This document shows positions 34,201 to 47,300 of a stretch of 64,000 nt of DNA, piece after piece. Position numbers and translations under genes: made by a program. Each line of letters opens with the position of its first letter. Within the stretch, counting starts at the first letter, position 1. Source of the DNA: Octopus bimaculoides. Its lineage: Eukaryota. The notes beneath the pieces were generated by a model. The model saw nothing but the letters and a program-made list of their open reading frames with translations. It had not been told where the DNA came from and did no database searches. The DNA is taken from NCBI RefSeq assembly GCF_001194135.2, contig NC_068981.1, positions 157,084,979 through 157,148,978 on the forward strand, written 5' to 3'.

Positions 34201-36968
34201 AGAGGGATTTCTAGTAGACCAATGTTCTGGGGAGGAAAGAGAGAGAATGGTGGACAGAGAGAATGGACTGCCAAGTGAGTGAGATGTGCTTGAGTAGAGG
34301 TGGTACAAAATCAGAAAACTCAGAGGACTAAAGGGCTGTTGTACTTAACACTGTATACATGCAATAAATCTTTGAAACTCTATTGGTGGTCAGCAATATA
34401 TTTTAAAATGGGATCAACAGAAGTCAGTAGGTCTTAACATAGCAGAAAGATGATCAATGTAATTGACTTCTTACTATCTTCAAAGAAGGTACTACAAAAA
34501 TCACTAAAGTAGTTTTTATGTTCAATTAGCTCAATGTACTATTGAAATGTAGCTCAACAAACTCATTACAATCTTTGAAATGGGGATCACATAACTCATT
34601 AATTATATGGCAACATACTTTACAATAAAAATGAATTGACCATGGTTAGAACTGCACTCATACGCTGATGTTAAACTCAAACAAACAAGATAGACATCTA
34701 AATATTTGTACACTAATTATTAAAAAATTATGAGTTCTTTCTGAATATCTAATTAGCCATATCCATGCTTTCTTAAGTAAATGTAATCAACAAATTCCAC
34801 AACAACTATGATCAGTTGGAACAGAAATGAGGCTATTACACAACTATAATAAAAACAATGAAGTTACCTTCTTGACAAAATTCTCCAACAAATCCAGGTG
34901 GACATGTACAGGCACCAGTAGAAAGATCACAAGTAGAATTATGTTGACAGAGACAAAGTTGACTGCAGTTGACTCCATATCTGCCATGTGGACAAGGAAT
35001 ATGACAATCATCCCCCATCCATCCTTCAGTACAAAGACAACCAGCTAATAATGATAAAATACGAACAATTAAATCAATATTTTGAGCAATAATTCTTTTT
35101 AATTTTGGTACAAGGTCAACAATTTTGAGGGGAAAGTGAAGTCAATAACATCAACCCCAGTACTCAACTGGTACTTATTTTATTGACCACTAAAGGATAA
35201 AATACTAAGTTGACATTGGCAGCATTTGAACTCAGAATGTAAAAAGCAGAAAGAAATGCTGCTAAGCATTTTGTCTGGTGCAATAATGGTTCTGCCAGTT
35301 TGCTGCCTTATTCTGAGCGATAATAATAATGAATTCTTTTGACAAGGCACAAAATGAAATTTTGTAATAGACAAGATGTAGTTAAGTCAATCAACATCAG
35401 TATAATACTGCTATTTATCTCATCAAAACTAGAGAGATGAAATGCTGAAACCTCTCATGATTTGATCTCAGAATCTAGAACTAATCTAATTTCTGTAAGG
35501 CATTTAGTTCAATACTTGTTTCTTTTACCTTGATGTCTTTTTGGTTATAATGATAACAGCATATTCCTAACTAAGCATAATCATGCTGTATTTTAGTGAA
35601 GAAACAAATGGGATATTGTGATCCAAATGTCTTTCTATGAGTGTTAATAGTATTAAGTATTAATTTGAACAGGTGATATTTATATGCAAATTAAAAAGAA
35701 AAAAATTACAGTGATACAGTATTTTCATTTCCTTTACATTATTAAATAAAAAAATGTTGGAAATAATCAACAGTAGCTGGAAAAGTATATGAGCATGAAT
35801 GTCCTTTAAGTTACATTTGTGTGCAACACTTAATACTGGATAAAAAGACTAGTAGAAACAGCAGTCAAATCTCACTCAAATTACACCGCACTGTCTAAAA
35901 AACAAAAGCACACATTGGCTAATGCAAACTTAAATTGTCTGAGATTCAGTTGAATTAGGTACTTAAGTTGAAGCACCAAATCTGTCTCGAAGTAAGGTGA
36001 ATAAAATCAAAATAAGCAACAGGATATCAAGTACAACCATTTCAAGTGGCTCCGTTTAATTGAACAATGCAATCATTACATTAATTTAAATGCAGTACCA
36101 TATTCAGCTGCACAATAAATAAATAGAATCTTAACCAGTCGAACTCATTAATATAATTTTTCTCAAATATTTTAACAGAGCAAGAAAATGGAGGTAATTC
36201 ATGTTGTCGCTATTGTAGCTAAGAATACACTACACTTCCAAGAATCGCATGAAGCCTATTGGAGTCATAGTGTTGTAAAGGATTGTAATTCATTTCTAAT
36301 TCATTTATCTCTTTACCAACTACTAAATCTACGACTAGAAGACTGTGTCTGTTATGAATAAAGGACAAGAGTGAGTTGACAGCTCATGATTAGGTATGGT
36401 CAAAAATATTGTCATGTTTATCTCTTTTCCTCAGGGAGGAAAGAAGACATTAGCAGTAGTCAATTGGATATAAAGTAACTGTCTATAAAAAGAGGCTGGG
36501 TGGGGGAAGACTTTAAATCATGATGTTAATTACCAGTTAAAGGAGCAAGACGCTAAAAAACCTAAGATGTTAATACAGTGGAAATTTTATTTTGGTGCAC
36601 TATGGGTGATTGTTTAAAATCAATAATTGTTATGTTGTTATGTTGTATAAAAAATAAAATTCAAGATTTACAAAAATGATATCATAACCAAAATAGGTAA
36701 AATGTGTGTATATATCAATTTTCAACATTAAAAAGGAATGATTACATAGAATCAGCATAATATTGATTCATGTACTTAATTATTTACTTAACTGGTTTCT
36801 ATAAAGACTATTCAGGACATTTACTTATGGAATACTGGAAAGATAAACATGCTATCTATATATTAATTTTAATTCATGAATCAGAAAAAAATTAAGATGT
36901 GTTCAGATATACACACATTTATATATGTTCAGATACATACACATTTATACATATACAAATATTTATAC

Positions 36969-37018
<50 letters not shown>

Positions 37019-38264
37019 TAACCATCTCGCATAGACTTAAGTAACTGAAAATAATGTTAATAGTAGTTATGCTCCTGGTTGCAATTTCAGAATTAAATCC
37101 CACTGTCTGTTATTAGGCTGATGTCTAATCTAAAACATAATTAATAAATGTACAATCAAAACTGAGGCTGATAACTTTATATATAGAGGATGTTTGATAA
37201 ATATGAAAAAATGTATCAATAACCATTTTTCATCTTTTAGACTCAAACAAAAAGCCAATTGTACATCCTTATCTAGCAAGGTTTGGGAACTGAAGGAAAG
37301 CAGGATCGAGTGTAGCCTTAAATGGGATTTAATATGGAGAGCGCAGCCTTATAGAGATAATCAATACGGGTGTGAGCTATGCTCTATGGATATTTATGAG
37401 ATTTTTAAGTATAGGGAAAAGAACAACCTGATTAATAATAGGTTAAACCTAAGGGTATCATGTATGTATAACATCACCCGTAGATTTAAGTATTTTCGAA
37501 ACTAACAATTATCGGTGCCATACTTGACAACTCCTGCCTAGTTAGTCTGACTTCATCCTATTTTGGTGATTACACTATTTTCGTTCCTATGATGTTCTAC
37601 CCTACTGATCATATTATGTATATTTGTAGTGACTTTGTAAAAATAAGTCTCCTTTTAACTAAATTATATACCCCACAGAAACTATAAAATCATACATACA
37701 ATAGCACCTGTAACATTACAAGTTACAAAATCTCTTCAGTCTGAATACCTTTAACTGTCCTCACTACATCCATACCTATTACCCCCACTTTTCAGGTTAC
37801 CTTTATCTCTCCCCTACCTCAAATGTTAATCCCCTGTCTCTTTAAATGTAGGTTATATGTATTTCTTATTATTTTCTATAAATTCTTATTTTGATATCCT
37901 TACCTATTAACCTCTTATCCCTTATAAATTATTACTTTTCTTGCTCTTAAATAGATATTTTTCAGTTACTTAAGTCTATGCGAGATGATTATACTATATC
38001 CATATAAACGTATAAATATTTGTGTATGTGTATATGTGCACATATATAAATGAGTGTGTATCTGTACATGTCTTTATTTTTTTCTGATACATTGCTTACA
38101 ATTAATTTATAGATAGCATGTTTATCTTTCCAGTTATTCAATAAGAAAATGCCCTGAGTAGTCTTTATAGAAACCACCTAATAAGTAATTAATTAAGTAC
38201 ATAAATGAATATTAAACTGATTCTATGTACTGCATCACTACTTGATATCCTGTTGGTTATTTTG

Positions 38265-38342
<78 letters not shown>

Positions 38343-41300
38343 TATACACACATATACATATATATATACATACATCCCATGCAGTACCATGTAAAAGCAC
38401 CTGTGTGGCACCACACAAAAGCACCTGTGCAGTGCCACATAAAAGCATCTATGCAGCACCACAAAAGTACCTGTGCAGCCCCACGTAAATGCGCCCAAGC
38501 AGTGCCATGTAAAATCACCTAGCATACTCTGTAAAGTGGTTGGCATTAGTAAGGGCATCCAAGCGTAGAAACCTTGCCAAATCAGACTGGAGTCTGATGC
38601 AGCTCCCCAGCTCTGGTCAAATCGTCAACCCATGCCAGTATGGACAATAGACATTAAATGATGATGATAATTAGAAGGCTGTTTGTTAAGACTGGTCAGA
38701 AAGTACTTTATTAACATTTGATGGATATTTGTCCTCATCTTGTTTGTTGTTAACACAAGATGAGGACAAATATCCATCAAATGTAAATAATGTACATAAT
38801 TCCTCATCTCTTAAATATAGAACTGTGTGGTCAGAAGGTGATCATTAGTTTCACACCTATGGTCACTCTTTGACTGGCCATCACAAACAACCTTCTAAAT
38901 ATATTACTGCTATGTTTTAAAGTCTCCATTTTTTTTGGGGGGGGGGGGATATACGAACTACTGAAGATATATTCATTCATTCGGTTTTCATTGTGCTTTG
39001 TGGCACTTGAGGTGACAGCAAGATCTTCCCACCTTCTAACACTGAAAGCATCCTTAACAGCTTGTTCCATAGTTGACCCTCTGCTTTTTAGATCTTTTAT
39101 TGTTCTGCATCACATTTCCTTTGGTTGGCCATGTCTTCTTTTACCTTGTGGAACCCATTGCAAAGCGATCCTGGCAACAGACTCAACCCAACCATTTCCA
39201 TCTCCTTGCTTCAACAGTTTCTCTTATTGGTTTCATGTTAGCCTTGGTATGTAGTTGGCTATTTGAGATCATATTTAGCTAGTAAACTTTCAAAATTTAT
39301 ATACACACATGCATACATACAAACACTTTTTCCTTGGTTAGTCTGGAGTGTCCATACTATTGTCTCATGAGGCATGTTCATTGAAGCAATTTTGAAATAT
39401 TTCAAGAATGTTCTACGTACCTTCTGTACATTTCCCATGTTCACTGCAGTCATTTTCACATTTAACAGTTTGACACTGATCACCTGACCAGAAACCTGAA
39501 CAGTTACAACGACCAAAGACACACTGACCATGTCCATTACAGTCAGTGGGATCACAAAGAGGTTCATGTACACACAGTATTGTTGACACCTCACGAGGAC
39601 ATCGAAACTTCTTATCACTACTAAATAAAAAGAAATAAAAAAAAATAAACAACATAAAAACCAAACAGAAAAAGAAAAGCAATTTTCACTCAAAATACAT
39701 GTCATATAACATTGTAGGTTAATATTTACTGTTTCTCGTTATGATTTTAGATAATTGTTGGCAACAAAGGGATTCTTTGTCTTTGCCAAAACTAAATGAT
39801 AGGAAACCTAATGCTGCATCTTTCACCTTTTAGTTATTTTTAGTCACTGGACTGTAGTCATGCTGGGGAACCATCTTGAAGGGCTTAGTTGAATAAATCA
39901 ACTTTAGCACCTATTTTTTTAAAGTTGGGTACTTATTCTATTGGAACCTTTTGTTGAACTGTTAAGTTATGGGCACATAAACAAACCAACACACACAAAT
40001 ATATTCATATACATACACATTTACACACATACATACATAATGAAACTGAGTCCTGGAAATGCTGTATATTCCACCCACATCATCATCATCATCATCATCG
40101 TTTAACGTCCGCTTTCCATGCTGGCATGGGTTGGACGATTTGACTGGGGACTGGCACTGGCAAACCAGATGGCTACACCAGACTCCAATCTGATCTGGCA
40201 GAGTTTCTACAGCTGGATGCCCTTCCTAACGCCAACCACTCCGAGAGTGTAGCGGGTGCTTTTATGTGCCACCGGTACGAAGGCCAGTCAGGTGGTACTG
40301 GCAACGACCACGCTCAAAATGGTGTATTTTACGTGCCACCAGCATGCACGATCTCGCTCGAATGTCTTTTTTACACGTTCCACCAGCACAAGTGCCAGGA
40401 AGGCGACGCTGGGCACAGGTGCCATCACGATCACACACACCACCTCAATGAACCAAACTACATCTCTTCATGCACTATATTTGTCTCTTCTTCATGCTTC
40501 TCTTGTAGCTCAACACTGCTTCGTTATCTTTCTCTCCTGTCCTCTCTACTGCTAAATGAATCATTGCTATCTTGCTGCTCCTCTACATACCTGTGTTAAC
40601 TACTCACTGCATTGCCCTTCTCCTCCCCTCTGCTCCCTTACACTCTTATAAACTCTCTGCTCACTCTCCCTGTCCAATCTTCTGTATCATTTCACTGACA
40701 TTCACCTTCTTGTACCTTGAGGATGTGGTAGATTTGGTAGATGGAAACTGAAAGAAGCCTGCCATGTGTATGTGTGTGTGTGCATGTGTGTATGTGTTGT
40801 GTACACTTGTGTAGACATGTGAAGGTTGTAAATGAACATCATTGTCATATTAGCAAGGAAGTTTGTTTCTGTGAAAAACCTGTCTGGCTACGGAGAAATA
40901 TTACTTTGCTTGGAAACAAGCGAGGGTTAGTGACAAGAAGGTTATCTGGCTGTTGAAAATTTGCTTCAACAAATTCCATTTGGTCCATGCAGGCATGGTA
41001 AAATGGACATTAAACGACAATGATGATGCATAGTTGTCTCTTCAGTAAATTATGAAATACAAGGACATATATTTTTTTTAATTGTGTAGCATTTTTAATT
41101 TCAAAACTGAGACTAGGGTTACATCAAAGTTTTTCACTTACCACATATCTGATGGGTTGTTGACCAAAGTTCCATTCATTACAAGTGTAACTGAGCCACC
41201 ACCATCTAAATTGATAGCATTGACTGCACCAAGGTCTTTCATGAGGTCAGCCAATTCATACAAATTGATGCTGTAAACACAGATGAGAAAATGTGTAAAC

Positions 41301-44300
41301 TAGTAACAATAATAATAATATGAAATCAATCAAATATCAATAATGATACCAAAACAACAATGTTTTTTTAATACCAAAACTGGCATTTTTATAAAAGGTG
41401 TTTTTGAATAGTTGAAATATAAGCATTAATTTTCATTCCCAAAACTGATAATATTTTGACCATCTAATAACAACCCCAGCAACTATCTAATAATTCCTCA
41501 ACAACAATCTTCTCCAATAACTATCTAGCAACACTTCTAATCTAACAACTCAAACAACACCTCTAGCATCTATTTAACAACTCCTCCAAAAGCTACACAG
41601 CAGTGAACTAATATATAATGAGTTATAATTTAGGTACAAAGCCAGCAGATTTGAGGGTAGCAAGTAAGTCAGTCATCTGTCCTTCCGTACTTGATTGACA
41701 CTTTATTTTATGGACCCCAACAAAGATGAAAGATAAAGCTAACCTCAGTAGAATTTGAATTTAAGGTATAAATAACCAGAATATATATTGCAAGGCGTCT
41801 TTTTTCCTAGTCCTCTAAAGATTCTGCTAATCCATTTCCCTTAATAAACATATTATACTAAAACTCACTACAATAAAATAACTCCTCCAACCACTATCAA
41901 TTTTACAGTTATTTTTAAGAGTTGTTACATGACTCAGAGTATGTAACTTGGTTACTGTTTTTCATCCAGTTTGATTCTCTACTATTTTCTCTTGCTTGAT
42001 TAAATAGACACAAAATAGTATAAATGAGACAAAGGAACAAGAAATCAACTTTTGATTAATTAAGACAATGACCTGATTTTGATATTCAACTGATATATTT
42101 TGATTTCATTTACACATTTAATATCCTTGAGAAAAGCATGAACATCACATGTTTCTCTAAAAATATAGTTTTTTTTTTTACCTAATCAAGAAATTACCAT
42201 AACAAATATGTAAGAAACAAAAGATTTTCTAATTACCCATGTTTGCCTGTTTCTCCATCTACTTGCACCATAATAACCCTGCCTTCTTTATCATGGCCAA
42301 CAGCATTACGTGCAGATATCACAGATACAAATCTTTGAATATTACCTAATATATATATACATATATAAATAAAATGAAGAGAATTTGATTAAAAGAGAAG
42401 TGAAACAAAATATAAATATTCAGTTTAAAAGGCAAAGTAAAACTATGTTTTAATTTTGCTTTTAGCTTGATCAATATAGTACAAATGGTATATCTTAAAG
42501 CACACCGGAAAGAGTGAGGGCATGTCATTGATGAAGTCATGAATGGCAATTAAAAGACTTTGACAAACAACTGATTGTTATACCAGTATATTAAGCAATT
42601 AATCATCATCATCATCATTGTTTAATGTCCACTTTCCATGCTAGCATGGGTTGAACGATTTGACACCAGGCTCTAATTTGATCTGGCAGAGTTTCTACAG
42701 CTAGATGCCCTTCCTAACGCCAACCACTCCGAGTGTAGTTGGTGCTTTTATGTGCCACCGGCACGAAGGCCAGTCAGGCAGTACTGGCAACAGCCACGCT
42801 CAAATGGTGTTTTTTATGTGCCACCTGCACAGGCGCCAATCATTCAATCAATTAGTTAGCTGGCTAAATGATTAACCAATTGACTATCAATAAAGAAGTG
42901 GTATTAAACCAGTGTATGTGTTTATTANNNNNNNNNNNNNNNNNNNNNNNNNNNNNNNNNNNNNNNNNNNNNNNNNNNNNNNNNNNNNNNNNNNNNNNNN
43001 NNNNNNNNNNNNNNNNNNNNNNNNNNNNNNNNNNNNNNNNNNNNNNNNNNNNNNNNNNNNNNNNNNNNNNNNNNNNNNNNNNNNNNNNNNNNNNNNNNNN
43101 NNNNNNNNNNNNNNNNNNNNNNNNNNNNNNNNNNNNNNNNNNNNNNNNNNNNNNNNNNNNNNNNNNNNNNNNNNNNNNNNNNNNNNNNNNNNNNNNNNNN
43201 NNNNNNNNNNNNNNNNNNTAAAATCTTTTACATAAAACTCTTATACAGGTACACAATCCTTTATCTGGAAATCTAAAATCCGGAAAGCCCCCAAAACTGA
43301 ACTTTTTTGTGGAGGGTAGAGCATGTCATAACAGGGGTTGTTTGGTGTGCAAACAGCTGGCCACAGTGACCCAACTCACTCAGGTATGACATGGCAATAC
43401 TTGGCAGGCTGGCCGCTATTTACTGCCAAGTGTCAGTTGTGGCCCAGCACTTGTAGAGAGAAAACGTCCATTTGCTGTTTGCTGTCTTCATGTTGTTTCT
43501 TGTGACTTTGTTTATAATTTACCCTGAAAATGTCAAAAAGAACTGCAGATACCCCAATGGATAACAGTGAGAAAAAGAAAAGGAAACATTTAGCATTATC
43601 AATAACGCAGAAAGCGGAATTACTACAGAAACTTAATTGTGGTGTGTCTGTGCGGCAGCTCACTGAAGAATATGGTGTTAGAACTAGCACTGTGTATGAC
43701 TTAAAGAAATAGAAAGACAATTTACTGAAATTTAATAGCGAGAGTGATCACAAATTGATGAAAAAAAAAAAAGGATAACACTACATAGGGCAAAAAAATG
43801 AAGAACTTGACCATGCTAGAATGGATTCGACAATGAAGAAGGAAACGTATGCCACTGAATGGTTTGTTGGTCATGAAACAAGCTAGAATATATCATAAAG
43901 AATTGAACATTGAAGGAGAGTGTGAATATTCAGAAGGTTGGCTGCAGAAATTTAAGAAGCATCATGGTGTAAAATATCTGAAAATCTGTGGTGAAAAAGC
44001 TTCTGCTGGTTATGAAGCTGCAGAAAAATTACATAGACGGATTTGCCAAGACTGTATCTGATGAAAACCTTTCTCCTGAACAGCTTTGTACTGGTGCTAC
44101 ATTCCAAGAAAAGCCTTAATGGTAGATGAAACAGCACCAGAAGGTTTTAAGGATGCTAAGGAAAGGTCAACTGTTCTTGGATGTGTTAATGCAGCAGGCA
44201 CACACAAGGTTAAGTTGGCAGTCATTGGAAAAAGCCAATGTCTGAAGTGTCTGAAAGGCATAGTTAATTTACCTGTGCATTATTATGCAAACAAGAAAGC

Positions 44301-47300
44301 ATGGGTAACCCGAGGAATATTTTCTGATTGGTTCAATAATTACTTTGTACAAGTAGTACAAGCTTATTGCAAGTAAGCCGGACTGGAAGAAAACAAATTA
44401 TTTTGTTCCTGGACAAATGCTTTGCACATCTCGCTGCTGAATTTCTTGTGTAAAGTAATGTTTTGGCTTTCACTTGCCTCCCAATGTGATATCTGTTTTA
44501 CAGCTTTGTGACTAAGAAATTTTATGCTCCATGAAGAGCAACTGTCAAAATTATTTTTATGAGCGGTGTGCTTGATGCAGTCCATAAAAGAATAAGGATG
44601 CAAGACTACCTGAAAGAGTTCACTGTTAAGGATGCCATTTACTCAGTTGCAAATGCTTAGAATGATGTTAAATCAACAGAAACAATTCCTGACACAGAAT
44701 TTGGCCAATAACAATGTTTGATGAAAACGACCCAAAAGATAACAAGTTCGGAGGATTTCGTGACACTAATGAGAAGATGGTATCAAAACTTGTAACTTAT
44801 GCTAAAAGTTTATCGTGCAGAATTGTAAGTGATCAAGAAGACATTGAAGAAATGCAAAATATTGACAACGATGCACCTGTTGTGCATTCTTTGAGTGATG
44901 GGGAAATTGCTGAAATGGTGTTAAATATGGATAAGAATGAAGATCATAATGATGATGACACAGAGCACACAGGTGAAAAAATTCATACAGACGATGTGGT
45001 GAAAATTTGTGATCAGTTAAATGGCTGGCCTTGAACAACGTGCATTTATCAGTGAGCAACAGATTATAGGAGTTTACTCGATTAAAGAGACATTGCTTAG
45101 ACAGAAACCTATGCTAATGAGACAGATGACACTTGAAATTTTTGAAAATGCCATCCTTTGTAATGCTACTTCATCCCGTTCCTGGCCTATCATCAGAGGT
45201 TTGCCAGCAACCTGATGATGACATTGGTAACACTGACGGACCCTGTTCTACAACTTAACTGCAGCTACATATTTAGCTTAGTTTGAACTAATTTATGGAT
45301 CTAGCATATGAATAAATTGTAATACCATTTGTAGTCTTTCTTTATTCAAATTAGTGCGAATACTTATGTGTCTCTCTGCAGAAATATTATGGTAATGTGT
45401 ATACTGGTACTTGTGGATCTTGTATTTTTGTTTTAAATTATCCCAAAATATGTATTTAGGTATTTGTGATCTTAATTATCTCACTATTTCATTTACCAGC
45501 ATATTACTCTACAAATATTTATTTTTCCTTCTGATTGTGAGAACATATACATGTGCTTTTGTTACCATAGTAGGACATCTGTTCTGACGTCTAGTTTACA
45601 ATCTGGGGGAGGCAGCTTTTGTTCTGAAATCTAGAAGAATAGGAAATTCAGAACACAACTGTCCACAAGGGTTCCAGATAAAGGCTTGTGTACCTGTAAT
45701 TCTACTGTCTTTTGGGTGAAGGTGCTGATCCAATAGTAAAATGCGAGAACATGAGCTACATTTGTGTATTGTTGGGAGAAAAGATATCTTTTTGGAAGAA
45801 CTCTAAAGTCAGGACAATAAAAATGTAGAAACAGTATTTGTAAACTAAAATTGAACGTGTTCCTATGTCTAACAGGAAAACTTAGCAAATTAAAATTTCT
45901 GGTGCAATTCTCCAAATCTTTTTTTCTTACATTCATGGTATCTACAATTACGATACTAACATCAATTAAACCTCTGACAGTTCTCATAAGTAGATCTATG
46001 TTGTGATAAGAATCTTATACTAAGACTCTTAAATTAACTACAGTAATCTTGAGCACGCTTATTCCTACAGAATCTCACACACCTAGTTTAATACAAACTA
46101 AACTAAAACAAAACAATCAAAATTTTTACTGATAGGGTTCGCAAATACTGTAATGTTTGCTTTAAGATTTGTTAGTAAATTAGTCTGAATTATTATTGTT
46201 CTTCCCTTGTCTTAATCCCTCTATCTCTGTTCTGAAGGTGACTGGGATTCAAAATCATTGGCATTAAAATGTACATTACTGTTAAATATTCATGAATTTT
46301 GAAGAGTGACCTGCTGAACACTACTAATGATTACTAGTTGATAAACTACCAACTCCTAGATGCAGCAAATAAAAGCAGTTACCAACCACATTTAAATATT
46401 GGTTTCACATTTTGGCACAAGCCCAGCAATTCCGGGGAGTAGGCAAGCTGATTATATCAACACAAGTGATCAATTGATGCCTTATTTTATTGACCCTGAA
46501 AGGATGAAAGGCAAAATTGACCATCATAGCATTTGAACTCAGAATGTATAGCCAGAAGAAATGCTACTAAGAATTTTCTCCAATGCGGTAATTATTCTGC
46601 ACACTCGCCACCTTTAAAAATTGCTTTAAAATTTTGTCACAAGGTCAGCAATTTTGGGGAAAGAGCCAAGTCGATTACATTGGCCACAGTGTTCAACTGG
46701 TACTTATTTTATCAACCTTGAAAGGATAAAAGTCAAAGTTAACCTCAGTGGAATTTGAACTCAGAACGTAAAGATGAGCAAAATGCCACTAAAGCATTTC
46801 ACCTGGCATGCTAACGATTCTGCCAGTTCACCACCTTATAAACCACACTTAAATATCATTAACAAGACAACTTTGTGAATGACAAGTAATTCTAACAGAC
46901 AACTAATTTCCAGTCAAATAATTTAAGTTTAATAGTAAACAGTATCATCAGCAGAGATTCTGATTAATAACTACAATGTTATCAATAAAGTAACGGCAGT
47001 GTTAAAAAATAAATACTCTCCTTTTTTTATCATCGGTAAAGAACACATTTTATCCCAAGGGTAAGGAGAACAATTGTTTTTTATTATTTCCTTCAATTAA
47101 AATCAGTGGGCACAGCCTGTATAGATCATCTATGACTGGAGGATTGATAGGTTGATGTTAAGCTTGAACTTATGCAAGTTGACTTTTTGGTGAAGATATG
47201 GACAGGTCGGGAGTTGCAAAGGTTTATAGTCTTCTAAAGGAAATATTGGATAGTAACTGAATAGAGCATTTTATTATAGATGAAATACATTAGAAATATT

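Noticed and set aside
37590-37700. Possible hammerhead downstream of the Penelope fragment (ctgatca ... gaaact)
   Set aside because: The core is mutated and the stems cannot be built convincingly
38385-38520. Regularly spaced ~24-bp repeats that superficially resemble a CRISPR array
   Set aside because: No unique spacers, degenerate tandem units inside a retroelement tail, eukaryotic context, no cas genes
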